A stretch of 64,000 nt of DNA from Microthrixaceae bacterium (GTDB lineage Bacteria > Actinomycetota > Acidimicrobiia > Acidimicrobiales > VFJN01). A model generated the notes under the pieces. The model saw only the letters and a program-made list of their open reading frames with translations, searched no databases and was not told the DNA's origin. The stretch spans positions 7,741 to 71,740 of the forward strand of contig JBQTKH010000014.1 in NCBI GenBank assembly GCA_052386335.1, in the 5' to 3' direction. A program made the position numbers and the translations under genes. Below, piece by piece: positions 17,605-27,091 of the stretch; within the stretch, counting starts at the first letter, position 1, and every line of letters starts with the position of its first letter.

Positions 17605-17620
17605 TTGCAGTCTCCGAGCA

Positions 17621-17636
17621 TACATGGTGTCATGTA
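17621..17636. promoter_or_regulatory. TACATG-N4-CATGTA palindrome, candidate ArsR operator
   Basis: Perfect 6-4-6 dyad between the divergent ArsR and membrane genes. Confidence 0.55.
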
Positions 17637-18728
17637 ATGATGGATCTCAAGGTGGAACCGACGATGCCAGCAACTCAATCGGACATGATCCCGGCGTCGG
17701 GTCGCGAACACCTTGGCACGGTCCTGTTCGGGTTGTGGATGACCGTCGGCCTGTTCCTCGACGGCTACTTCCACCAGAACCTCGACGCCGGTGGCGAGTC
17801 CTTCCTCACCCCGTGGCACGGCGTGTTCTACGCCGGCTTCGCCGCCTCGGGCCTGTGGCTGGCCCGAATGTCCCGCCGTCGTGCTCCCGGCCTGGTCGAC
17901 TGGCGGCTGTCGGCGTTGCCGCCGGGCTACGAGGGCGCTCGGCTCGGCCTCGCGCTGTTCGGCCTCGGGGGGATCGGCGACGCCGCGTGGCACGGTGCGT
18001 TCGGGGTGGAGCGGGGGATCGACGCGCTGCTCAGCCCGACGCACCTGCTGCTCTTCGCTGGGCTGATGTTCATCCTGACCGCACCCGTGCGTGCCGCGCG
18101 CGTCACGCCGAGCCAACCCCCGGGCCCCTGGATGATGGCGGGGTCGGTGATCACTGCGACGGCGCTCGTCGGGTTCTTCCTGAACTTCGCCTGGGGACTG
18201 GGGATTGCCGCCCTGGCCCGCATCCCGTATGACCCCCTGACCGACGCCGGCGAGACGGCGGTGATCGCGGGGGTCGCCTCGATGCTCGTGACCACGGCCG
18301 TCTTGTTCACCGCGGCGCGCCTGCTGCTCGCCGCCGGCCACGTACCAGTCGGAGCGATCACCGCGCTCTTCACGATCACGGCGCTGCTCGTGTCCGCGGC
18401 CTTCGACGAGGACGCAGAGGGTGTGGTCGCCGCCGCCCTCGCCGGTGCTGCCCTGGAGCTCCTCCTCAGGATGCGGCGGGCGGGCCGACCGCCGCAGTCA
18501 GCCGTTGGCGCGTTCGCCGCCGCGGCCGGGGTGCTGTGGCTCGGCTACCTGGGGCTGCTGCGTGCGCTCGACGGGATCGAGTGGCAGCCCGAGATCTGGC
18601 TGGGCGCCGCCACCCTGTGCAGCCTGCTCGCCGGGGCCATCGGGGCCAACAGCGCTCGTCGAGTCCCCGAGACGCCATCACCGGTGATCCGCGTGCCCGC
18701 TGAGGCTCCACGCCCTGGTCCGGGCTGA
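17637..18728 (+). CDS. Polytopic membrane protein with two DxxxH...[TS]PxH motifs
   Basis: LDGYFH...TPWH and GDAAWH...SPTH; many TM segments; true start may be a later ATG. Confidence 0.8.
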   Translation: MMDLKVEPTMPATQSDMIPASGREHLGTVLFGLWMTVGLFLDGYFHQNLDAGGESFLTPWHGVFYAGFAASGLWLARMSRRRAPGLVDWRLSALPPGYEGARLGLALFGLGGIGDAAWHGAFGVERGIDALLSPTHLLLFAGLMFILTAPVRAARVTPSQPPGPWMMAGSVITATALVGFFLNFAWGLGIAALARIPYDPLTDAGETAVIAGVASMLVTTAVLFTAARLLLAAGHVPVGAITALFTITALLVSAAFDEDAEGVVAAALAGAALELLLRMRRAGRPPQSAVGAFAAAAGVLWLGYLGLLRALDGIEWQPEIWLGAATLCSLLAGAIGANSARRVPETPSPVIRVPAEAPRPGPG

Positions 18729-18757
18729 GCGTCCCGAGGAACGACCGCGCTACCTTT

Positions 18758-18773
18758 CTGACACCGGCGTCAG
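18758..18773. promoter_or_regulatory. CTGAC-N6-GTCAG dyad upstream of the BVMO operon
   Basis: CTGACACCGGCGTCAG followed by a TAGGTT -10-like hexamer. Confidence 0.4.
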
Positions 18774-18845
18774 GTAGGTTGGTGGGGTCACGACCGCCTC
18801 CGCGCCGCGTCGAGATCGACCGAGCTGAAGGAGAGGGGACCGACG

Positions 18846-20669
18846 GTGGGAGAGGGGGAGCAGGTGTCGAGCTTCGACCCGGACGCCGTCCACGCCAAGT
18901 ACCTCGCCGAGCGCGACAAGCGCCTCGTCCCCGGCCGCGCCGACATCCGGGACCTCACGACCGACGAGCACTTCGCCAGCTTCCGCAAGGACCCGTTCAC
19001 GCCGCTCGTCGAGCGCGACGCGATCGTCGACGACGTCGACGTCGTGATCGTCGGGGGCGGCATCGCCGGTGTGCTCGCTGGAGCCCGCCTGCGCGAGGCC
19101 GGCGTCGAGCGGATCCGGATCGTCGACCAGGCCGGTGGGGTCGGCGGCACGTGGTACTGGAACCGGTACCCAGGCGTGATGTGCGACGTGGAGTCGTACA
19201 TCTACATGCCGATGCTCGAGGAGCTCGACTACATCCCGAAGCACCGCTACGCCTCGGGCGAGGAGATCCGTCTGCACGTCCAGGCGATCGCCGACCGATA
19301 CGACCTGGTCGCGGGTGCGCTCTTCCACACCGGGGTGTCGCGCGCCGAGTGGGATGACGACGCCGCTCGTTGGCACGTCCTGACCGACCGGGGCGACGAG
19401 CTCACCTGTCGGTACTACGTGCTGGCCGTCGGGATCCTCAACCTCCTCAAGCTCCCGGCGCTCCCGGGCATGGAGGCGTTCGCCGGACGGTCGTTCCACA
19501 CCGCCCGCTGGGACTACGCCTACACCGGTGGCGGTCCTGGACAGCCGCTCGACAAGCTCAGCGACAAGGTCGTCGCGCTCATCGGCACCGGGGCCACCGG
19601 CATCCAGTGCCTCCCGCCGCTGGCCGCCGGCGCGAAGCACGTGTACGTGTTCCAGCGCACGCCATCGGCCATCGGCGAGCGCGGCAACCGCGACACCGAG
19701 CCGGACTTCGCGGAGCGGTTGCAGCCGGGATGGCAGCAGGACCGGATGGACAACTTCGAGACGGTCATGCTCGGCCGGCCGTTCGAGGCCGACCTCACCG
19801 ATGACGGTTGGACCCACCACTACGCCGCCGTGCAGAACCCACCCAAGAACAAGGAGTGGACGCTCGAGGAGTACCTCCGCAACGCAGAGGAGATCGACTA
19901 CGAGATCATGGAAGAGCATCGGCGACGCGTCGAGGAGCTCGTCGATGATCCCGCGGCCGCCGACGTCCTGAAGCCCTACTACCGCTACCTGTGCAAGCGA
20001 CCCTGCTTCCACGACGAGTACCTCCAGGCCTACAACAACCCCAACGTCACCCTCGTGGACTGCCCGAGCGGGATCGACCGGGTGAACGAGCGGGGCCTGG
20101 TCGTCGACGGCCAGCAGTACGACGTCGACTGCCTCATCTACGGCACCGGCTTCGAGGCCGAGCTGACGCCCCTGTTCCGTCGCGCCGGCCACGACATCGT
20201 CGGCCGCGGTGGCGTGAAGCTGGCCGACAAGTGGGCCGACGGCGCCGCGAGCCTCTTCGGGATGATGAGTCGGGGCTTCCCGAACATGTTCGTGATGCCC
20301 GCCCCCGGGCAGCAGGCAGTCGTCACGATCAACTACACCCACCTCGCCACGCTCGGGGCGGAGTTCGTGGGTCGCGCGGTGGCCGTCCTCGAGAAGCGGG
20401 GAGCGAAGGCCTTCGACGTGAGCGCCGAGGCCGAGGACCAGTGGACGAGCAAGATCGTCGAGTCGTTCGTCGACGCGAGCGCGGTCATGTCCGCCTGCAC
20501 GCCCTCGCGGATCAACCTCGAAGGCAACCCGCAGGCCATGAACCCGCGCAACGGCAACTACGGCCGGGGCCGCGGTGACTACTTCCGGTATCGCGACCTG
20601 CTCGAGCAGTGGCTCGCCGCTGGCGACTGCGAGGGCCTCGAGCTCGACCAGCGGTCCGACGCCTCGTGA
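18846..20669 (+). CDS. Baeyer-Villiger monooxygenase
   Basis: GGGIAG, GGTWYWNRYPG, FAGRSFHTARW fingerprint, GTGATG, CKRPCFHD. Confidence 0.93.
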   Translation: MGEGEQVSSFDPDAVHAKYLAERDKRLVPGRADIRDLTTDEHFASFRKDPFTPLVERDAIVDDVDVVIVGGGIAGVLAGARLREAGVERIRIVDQAGGVGGTWYWNRYPGVMCDVESYIYMPMLEELDYIPKHRYASGEEIRLHVQAIADRYDLVAGALFHTGVSRAEWDDDAARWHVLTDRGDELTCRYYVLAVGILNLLKLPALPGMEAFAGRSFHTARWDYAYTGGGPGQPLDKLSDKVVALIGTGATGIQCLPPLAAGAKHVYVFQRTPSAIGERGNRDTEPDFAERLQPGWQQDRMDNFETVMLGRPFEADLTDDGWTHHYAAVQNPPKNKEWTLEEYLRNAEEIDYEIMEEHRRRVEELVDDPAAADVLKPYYRYLCKRPCFHDEYLQAYNNPNVTLVDCPSGIDRVNERGLVVDGQQYDVDCLIYGTGFEAELTPLFRRAGHDIVGRGGVKLADKWADGAASLFGMMSRGFPNMFVMPAPGQQAVVTINYTHLATLGAEFVGRAVAVLEKRGAKAFDVSAEAEDQWTSKIVESFVDASAVMSACTPSRINLEGNPQAMNPRNGNYGRGRGDYFRYRDLLEQWLAAGDCEGLELDQRSDAS

Positions 20670-22336
20670 TCGCGGCGGACCGACAGCGCGTCGTTGTCGT
20701 CACTGGTGGCGGCGGTGGGATCGGGGCTGCCATCGCGGAGGAGCTCGGTCGCACTGGCGCGTTCGTCGTCACGGTCGATCCCCTCGTGTCCGTCGATGGT
20801 TCCGAGCAGCTCCCGACGCCCGAGGAGACCACCGCCGGCCGCATCGTCGCGGCGGGTGGCTCGGCGCGTGCCTCATCGGTGTCGGTGACCGACGTCGAGG
20901 GGGTGTCCGAGCTCTTCGCCTCCCTCGTCGACGAGCGTGGCGGTCTCGACGCGGTGGTGAACGTCGCTGGCATCACGCGTCCCACGAGCTTCGCGAAGGG
21001 CACGGAGGAGGACTGGCTGGGGGTGCTCTCCGTGCACCTCGACGGATACCTCAACATCCTCAATGCGGCGCTGCCGATCATGGCCGCCGCTGGGCATGGT
21101 CGCATCCTGGGGGTCACCTCGGGATCGGGGTGGCGCCCGGCCAACACGGGCGCCTATGGCTGCGCGAAGCGCGCGGTCGCATCGCTCACCTGGCAGCTCG
21201 GTCGGCACGCGCCGCCTGGCGTCGTCGTCAACGCGATGTCACCGATCGCCGCCACCCGGATGGTCACCGCCGCGCTGAGCCGCGCCCGCCCCGCAAGCGC
21301 GGGCACATCCGGGTCGTCGGCCACGGGTGGGCTCTCGCTGGCGTCCATGCCCGCTCCCGAGGATCTCGGACCCTTGGGAGCGCGCCTGGTGGGCGATGAC
21401 CTCCACTGGTGCAACGGCCGCGTCATCTTCGCGGGTGGCTCGGAGATCGCCGTGGTCGACGAGCCCAGGCTCCTCGAGGTGGTGCGCGCAGACGGTGTGG
21501 CGTCGCTTCCGAGCGTCCTCGAGGCAGTCACCGTCGGCGCGCTCGCGCCGGCCGAAGCCCAGCAGGTCACCAACGGCGGGAGCAACGCCCGATTCAGTGC
21601 GGTGTTCGGCGGCGCCGCGGCGAGCGCGCTCGCGTCCCCGGCGGTGCGGTCGTGCGCGGTCGTGACGGACCGACCGGAGGTGGGGGTTGCGGTCACCGCA
21701 GCGCTCGACGCTCGAGGTGTCACCTGCACGGTGATCGAGGCTCAGGGGCTCGCCCCGGGATTCGAGGGTGCCGCCGACGCGCTGGCCTCGACCACCGAGC
21801 GCGTCGGGCCGATCGATGCGGTCGTGGTCGCGCTGGCCGGCGGCCCGCCGAGCATGGCGTCGGCGCAGTGGGAGCGGGCACTGGCCGAGCACGACGGCAT
21901 CGTTCGACAGATCCATGCCGATGCGAGCTGGGCCCGGGCGGTGTCCGACCACGCGGCTCGCACAGCGGGCCCCGTGCGGCTCGTGACGCTCACCGACGCC
22001 ACCACCGATGGCGGCCGAAGCCGTGCCCAGGCCGTTGCGCAGCTCGCCAGGTCGGCGAGGGGCGCCACCGACGATCGGGTTTCGGCCTTCTCGGTCAGCG
22101 TCGAAGCACCCGTGGAGCACGACGCCCACCTGATCGGCGAGGTCGTGGCCCACCTGCTGTGCAGCGCCGACACCCCCGCGCTGTCCGGCGCCGAGCTCGT
22201 GATCGGCCGCGGGTGGTTCGGTCTGCGCAGCCACCCCCGCCCCATCGGCAGCATCACCTTCGGTGGCCCGAGGATCCCCGACTGGTTCGACAGCACGCTG
22301 CGGAGCATGGTCGACCTGGCCGCTCACCATCCCTAG
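20666..22336 (+). CDS. SDR oxidoreductase with a second, degenerate domain
   Basis: TGGGGGIG, NVAG, YGCAK; about 270 extra C-terminal residues; GTGA coupling. Confidence 0.85.
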   Translation: MIAADRQRVVVVTGGGGGIGAAIAEELGRTGAFVVTVDPLVSVDGSEQLPTPEETTAGRIVAAGGSARASSVSVTDVEGVSELFASLVDERGGLDAVVNVAGITRPTSFAKGTEEDWLGVLSVHLDGYLNILNAALPIMAAAGHGRILGVTSGSGWRPANTGAYGCAKRAVASLTWQLGRHAPPGVVVNAMSPIAATRMVTAALSRARPASAGTSGSSATGGLSLASMPAPEDLGPLGARLVGDDLHWCNGRVIFAGGSEIAVVDEPRLLEVVRADGVASLPSVLEAVTVGALAPAEAQQVTNGGSNARFSAVFGGAAASALASPAVRSCAVVTDRPEVGVAVTAALDARGVTCTVIEAQGLAPGFEGAADALASTTERVGPIDAVVVALAGGPPSMASAQWERALAEHDGIVRQIHADASWARAVSDHAARTAGPVRLVTLTDATTDGGRSRAQAVAQLARSARGATDDRVSAFSVSVEAPVEHDAHLIGEVVAHLLCSADTPALSGAELVIGRGWFGLRSHPRPIGSITFGGPRIPDWFDSTLRSMVDLAAHHP

Positions 22337-22370
22337 GGCGGCAGCTGTCGCCCCGACACGAGGAGATCCG

Positions 22371-23237
22371 ATGCCCCGACAGCCCGCCCGGGTGGTCGAT
22401 GCCCACGTGCACCTGTGGGACCCGGCACGCACCGACTGGTACCCGTACCTGTCGGGGCGCCAGAAGCTGAACATGGGCGACGTCACGGGGATGTCGCGCC
22501 GCTTCGACGTGCCCACCTACATGGCTGAGTCCGCCGGCTGGAACGTGGACAAGCTCGTGAACGTGGCCGCCGCGACGGGCCCGCACTCGATCGACGAGAC
22601 CCTCGAGCTCGACGTCCGCGCCGACGCCGACGGGCACCCCGACGCCATCATCGGCGGGATCGTGCCCACCGAGTCCGTGGCCGAGGCCATCGCGCTCATC
22701 GACCGGCAGATGGCGGCCACCCGCTTCCGTGGGGTGCGCCCGATGGGCGCCTTCGACGGGCCCCTTCCCCAGGCCGATGTGCTCGGCGCCCTCCAGGATC
22801 GTGGTCTGGTGTTCGAGCTCATGGCCCACCCCGATCAGCTGCAGTCGGCCGCGGTCGGGCTGGCGGCCTTCGACGATCTGGTCGTCGTCGTGGAGCACAC
22901 CGGATGGCCTCGATCGACCGCCGAGGAGGAGCGGGCGCTGTGGGCGGAGGGCATGGCTGCCCTCGCCGGGCTCGGCGACAACGTGGTCTGCAAGCTGTCG
23001 GGGCTGGCGATGCCGCTCGGGTCGATGAGCGCGGAAGCGTTCACCCCCTGGCTCGACTTCGCGATCGAGACCTTCGGGATCGACCGATGCATGTTCGCCA
23101 GCAACTTCCCGGTCGACGGCATGCACGGCACGTTCGACGACCTGTACACCACGTTCGCAGCGGTGACCGCCGGGGTCGACGACGACGCGCGCAACAAGCT
23201 CTTCGCCACCAACGCGGAGCGCGTCTACCGCTGCTAG
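22371..23237 (+). CDS. Amidohydrolase_2, lactonase-like
   Basis: DAHVHLWD, VEHTG, CKLSG, MFASNFPVD, NAERVY. Confidence 0.9.
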   Translation: MPRQPARVVDAHVHLWDPARTDWYPYLSGRQKLNMGDVTGMSRRFDVPTYMAESAGWNVDKLVNVAAATGPHSIDETLELDVRADADGHPDAIIGGIVPTESVAEAIALIDRQMAATRFRGVRPMGAFDGPLPQADVLGALQDRGLVFELMAHPDQLQSAAVGLAAFDDLVVVVEHTGWPRSTAEEERALWAEGMAALAGLGDNVVCKLSGLAMPLGSMSAEAFTPWLDFAIETFGIDRCMFASNFPVDGMHGTFDDLYTTFAAVTAGVDDDARNKLFATNAERVYRC

Positions 23238-23351
23238 GGAAGCGGCGAGCATGGCCACCTGATCGGGGGCGCTCCGTATGGCATCGTAGGACCAACGGCC
23301 CGAGGGGTTGGGCGCGGCACGTACGGCGGAGGGAGTGAGGCACCGACGTCC

Positions 23352-25448
23352 ATGAGCGCCAGCGAACGATCCGCAGGGCTCGACCCGACGATGCGACCGG
23401 TGGATGGTCCGACGTCGCGCCCAATGTGGGAGGGCGTGGTCGACTCGCTCGGCGAGGCGGTCATCGCCGCCGACCCGACCAACACGATCATCTACGCGAA
23501 CGAGTCGACCGAAGCGCTGCTCGGTTGGAGCGCGGACGACCTGATCGGGTCCCCGTTGACCAAGATCATCCCCGCACGGTTTCGAGGCGCCCACCTCGAC
23601 GGGTTCGCGCGGTTCGTCGCCACCGGTGAGGGATCGGTGGTCGGTGTTCCGGTCCGCTTGCCGGCGCTGCGCAACGATGGCACCGAAGCGTCCGTCGAGC
23701 TGATGATCTCCAGGGTTCGGCTCGGATCGCAGCTCATCGTGGTGGGGCTCCTGCGCGACGCAGCTGAGCGCATCGACCTCGAGGGCGTCAGCGAGGCCTC
23801 GGATCGCCTGCTCGCCGTGCTCACGGAGTCGCCCGACCTCGAGGCGGCGCTGCCGGAGGTGCTGCGCTCCCTCGGCGAGTCGCTGCACTGGGACCTCGCG
23901 CAGCTCTGGCAGGTCGGCGAGGACGCACTGCTCCGCTGTCGAAGCCGCTGGGGCACCCCGGACGCGCTCGCCACGCCGCACTTCACCGACGCGAGCGAGG
24001 GCACCTTCACGCACGGCGAAGGGCTCCCCGGGCGCGTGTGGAAGGCGAAGGAGCCGGAGTGGGTGCGCGACGTTCGCACCGCGGCGGACTTCGAGCGGTC
24101 CGCCGCCGCTCAGGTGTCGGGGTTGTGCACGGCGTTCGCCTTCCCCCTGATGGCCGGCGAGCAGTGCACCGGGGTGATCGAGCTGCTCAGCCTCACCGGC
24201 CGTGATCGCAGCGACGAGCTCACGGAGCGACTCCGCTCACTGGGCCAGCGCATCGGCTGGTACCTCGAGCGAAGAGCCACGGAGGACAAGCGACGCATCC
24301 TGTTGCAGCAGCTCACCTTCCAGACCGCGCTGCTCGAAGCGCAGACCGAGGCCGGTCTCGAGGGCCAGCTCATCGTGTCGCCATCAGGCGAGATGATCAG
24401 CTTCAATCGCCGCTTTGCGGAGCTGTGGGGCATCACCGATGACGTCCTGGGGAGGCGTTCCGATGCCGAGGCGCTGGCTGGTGCGGCGAACCAGGTGGTC
24501 GATCCATCCGCGTTCCTTGCCCGGGTGCAGGAGGCCTACGCGACGGGTCGACCCACGCGAGACGAGATCGCCCTGCGCGATGGTCGGGTCATCGATCGGG
24601 CGGGCGTGCCGCTCCGGCACGAGGGCACCAACCTCGGCTACGCCTGGTACTTCCGGGACATCTCCGCGGCCAAGCACCTGCAGCGCGAGCTGAGCGAGGC
24701 CGGCGAGCGGTTCGCGGCGCTGGCGCGGACGCTCCAGCAGAGCCTGCTCCCCCCGCAGCTCCCGGAGATCGCGGGTGTCGACGTGGCGGCGCGGTACCAC
24801 CCGGCTGGATCGGGCGATGAGGTCGGCGGGGACTTCTACGACCTGTTCCGGGTCGGTCGGTCGTGGGGCTTCGTGGTGGGCGACGTCTGCGGCAAGGGTG
24901 CCGAGGCCGCCGTCGTCACCGCGCTGGTGCGGTACACGATCCGCGCGGCGGCTCACCAAGCCCGATCGCCTGCCAAGGCGCTCGCGATCGTGAACGACGC
25001 GATGCTCAGCCAGGCGGCCGATGGTGGGATCGACCGCTTCGCGACCGCGGTCCACGGACGCCTCCGGGCTCATCAAGGGTGGGTGGACGTCACCGTCGCG
25101 TGCGCGGGGCACCCCACGCCCATCGTGCGCCGGGCCGACGGCGAAGTGGAGCAGGTGGGTCGACTCGGCACGCTGCTCGGCGTCATGCCGACGGTGTCCG
25201 TCCACGACCGATCGGTGCGCCTGCTCCCTGGCGATGTGCTCATCATCGTCACCGACGGGGTCCTCGAGGCCCGCCGCGATGCCGAGCAGTTCGGCGACCA
25301 CGCGATGGAGGAGATCGTGCGGTCCACCCCCGGTACGGCCGCCGACCTGGCCCGAGCGCTCGAGGCGGCCGCGCTGGCGCACCAGGGTGGGCTTGCCGCG
25401 GACGACATCGCCATCCTCGCCATCGGCGTCACCCCAGACCGCTCCTAG
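23352..25448 (+). CDS. PAS-GAF-PAS SpoIIE/PP2C phosphatase (RsbU-like)
   Basis: LQQSLLP, VGGDFYD, GDVCGKG, CAGHP, TDGVLE, DDIAIL. Confidence 0.92.
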   Translation: MSASERSAGLDPTMRPVDGPTSRPMWEGVVDSLGEAVIAADPTNTIIYANESTEALLGWSADDLIGSPLTKIIPARFRGAHLDGFARFVATGEGSVVGVPVRLPALRNDGTEASVELMISRVRLGSQLIVVGLLRDAAERIDLEGVSEASDRLLAVLTESPDLEAALPEVLRSLGESLHWDLAQLWQVGEDALLRCRSRWGTPDALATPHFTDASEGTFTHGEGLPGRVWKAKEPEWVRDVRTAADFERSAAAQVSGLCTAFAFPLMAGEQCTGVIELLSLTGRDRSDELTERLRSLGQRIGWYLERRATEDKRRILLQQLTFQTALLEAQTEAGLEGQLIVSPSGEMISFNRRFAELWGITDDVLGRRSDAEALAGAANQVVDPSAFLARVQEAYATGRPTRDEIALRDGRVIDRAGVPLRHEGTNLGYAWYFRDISAAKHLQRELSEAGERFAALARTLQQSLLPPQLPEIAGVDVAARYHPAGSGDEVGGDFYDLFRVGRSWGFVVGDVCGKGAEAAVVTALVRYTIRAAAHQARSPAKALAIVNDAMLSQAADGGIDRFATAVHGRLRAHQGWVDVTVACAGHPTPIVRRADGEVEQVGRLGTLLGVMPTVSVHDRSVRLLPGDVLIIVTDGVLEARRDAEQFGDHAMEEIVRSTPGTAADLARALEAAALAHQGGLAADDIAILAIGVTPDRS

Positions 25449-26128
25449 GTGGTCGGTGCGCTGCCCGCGCCACCACCGCCGTCGGCGGGACGCAGTCGTC
25501 GTTGCAGCTCGACGTGGACCGCGGTCCCGACGAGTGCCTCCAGCTCCGGGGCGAGCGAGTCCAGCACGCTCGTCTCGCCCACGTAGGCGCGGTCGCCTTC
25601 GGTGCAGCACCAGGCCATCGTCTCGCCTTCCGCGCCCCAGTCGGCGCGGCTCCAGCGTCGCACCGTGGCCACCTCGCCGCCGTCGGGGGCGTCCTCCCAG
25701 GCCACCTTGAGCGGCAGCTGCCAGCAGACGGACGGCTTCCACGCCACGGGTGACTCGTCGTGGTCGAGGGCAGCGAGGTGGAGCGCGCAGCCCGCCCCAC
25801 CCGCGAAGTCGGGCCGGTTCAGGAAGATGCAGGCGCCGTCGACGACACGCGTCGCGACGCGACGTTCGTCAGAGAACACGCCGTGCGCCGCCGCGTCCGC
25901 GTGGTGCTCGAAGCGAGCGGGCTCGAGCATCGCGGCGAGGGCACTGATCATGCGGGCCTCGTCCTCACCGTCGAGCTCGGCACCGACCGAGCAGCAGCCC
26001 AGGCCGAGGTGCTCGGCGGGCTCGTCACCGATGCCGAGGCAACCTCGGCCGAAGATGCACGTCCAGCTCGATTCGAGGAACTCGACATCGAATCGCCACG
26101 TCGTCGCCCCGTCGACGATCTCCTCCAT
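25445..26128 (-). CDS. Conserved actinobacterial Cys-rich protein (DUF3109-like, possibly Fe-S or Zn binding)
   Basis: WTCIFGRGC, GCCSVGA, ACIFLN, GCALH, KPSVCWQLP, WCC. Confidence 0.75.
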   Translation of the reverse strand: MEEIVDGATTWRFDVEFLESSWTCIFGRGCLGIGDEPAEHLGLGCCSVGAELDGEDEARMISALAAMLEPARFEHHADAAAHGVFSDERRVATRVVDGACIFLNRPDFAGGAGCALHLAALDHDESPVAWKPSVCWQLPLKVAWEDAPDGGEVATVRRWSRADWGAEGETMAWCCTEGDRAYVGETSVLDSLAPELEALVGTAVHVELQRRLRPADGGGGAGSAPTT

Positions 26129-27033
26129 CAGACATCGAGGCCGTGATGAGGCGGGAGCTCGGCGCGCTCGATGGCATCAGCGCGTCGCCGCAGCAGGTCG
26201 GCGGTCTGGGACAGGTTGCGGGCGATGATGTAGTCACCACGCTTGACGCCGTCCATCACGAAGCGACCGAGCTCGGCGAGGTCGGCCACCTTCACGTCGT
26301 GGCCGGCCTTCTCCATCGTCTCCTTGAGCTGCTCGAAGGTCATCGAGCGACGTCCCGTGCCGGGACCGACGCGCGCCAGCTCGCGGGGCCGGTTCCGATC
26401 CGCGCTGTAGAGCCCCGTGTCGAGCAGGCCGCCGCTCGGGTAGAAGACCGATGCCCGCAGCCGGGTGCCCTCGCTGATGAGGTTGTGGGCCAGTGCCTCG
26501 GTGTAGCAGCTGACCGCGGCCTTGCTGGCGGCGTACACGCTGGCTCGGGGCACCGGAGCGAAGCCGCCGTCGCCCGATGACGTGTTGACGATGCGCCCCG
26601 GTTCGCCAGCGTCGATCATGCGCGGCACGAACGCTGCGCAGCCGTTCGCGGTGCCGAACACGTTGACGCCGAAGCACCACTTGAAGTCGTTGTTCTCCTG
26701 CTCCCACGGCTTGCCGCCACCGCCGCTCGTGACGCCCGCGTTGTTGAAGAGCAGGTGGCAGGCGCCATGGCGCTCGAACACGGCGTTGGCGAGCGCGAGG
26801 AACGACGCCGGGTCGCTCACGTCGGTGCGCACCCCGGTGACGTCCCCTCGTCGAGCCAAGGCGGCCACCGTCGCATCGAGCACCGGCGTCTCGATGTCGG
26901 CGATCACGACCTTCGCGCCCTCGTCGAGCAGTGCCTCGACGATCGCCCGACCGATCCCGTTGGCCCCGCCGGTGACCACGGCGACGCGGCCGGACAGGTC
27001 GGTCATCGCGGTCTGCTCGTCAATATCGTTCAT
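26128..27033 (-). CDS. SDR oxidoreductase
   Basis: TGGANGIG, NNAG, YAASK; start at 27033 or 27006. Confidence 0.92.
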   Translation of the reverse strand: MNDIDEQTAMTDLSGRVAVVTGGANGIGRAIVEALLDEGAKVVIADIETPVLDATVAALARRGDVTGVRTDVSDPASFLALANAVFERHGACHLLFNNAGVTSGGGGKPWEQENNDFKWCFGVNVFGTANGCAAFVPRMIDAGEPGRIVNTSSGDGGFAPVPRASVYAASKAAVSCYTEALAHNLISEGTRLRASVFYPSGGLLDTGLYSADRNRPRELARVGPGTGRRSMTFEQLKETMEKAGHDVKVADLAELGRFVMDGVKRGDYIIARNLSQTADLLRRRADAIERAELPPHHGLDV

Positions 27034-27091
27034 CAGTGTCACACTATTCCCGGGCGCAGAAGCAGGCACCGGGGATCGGGGGATCGCGGCG

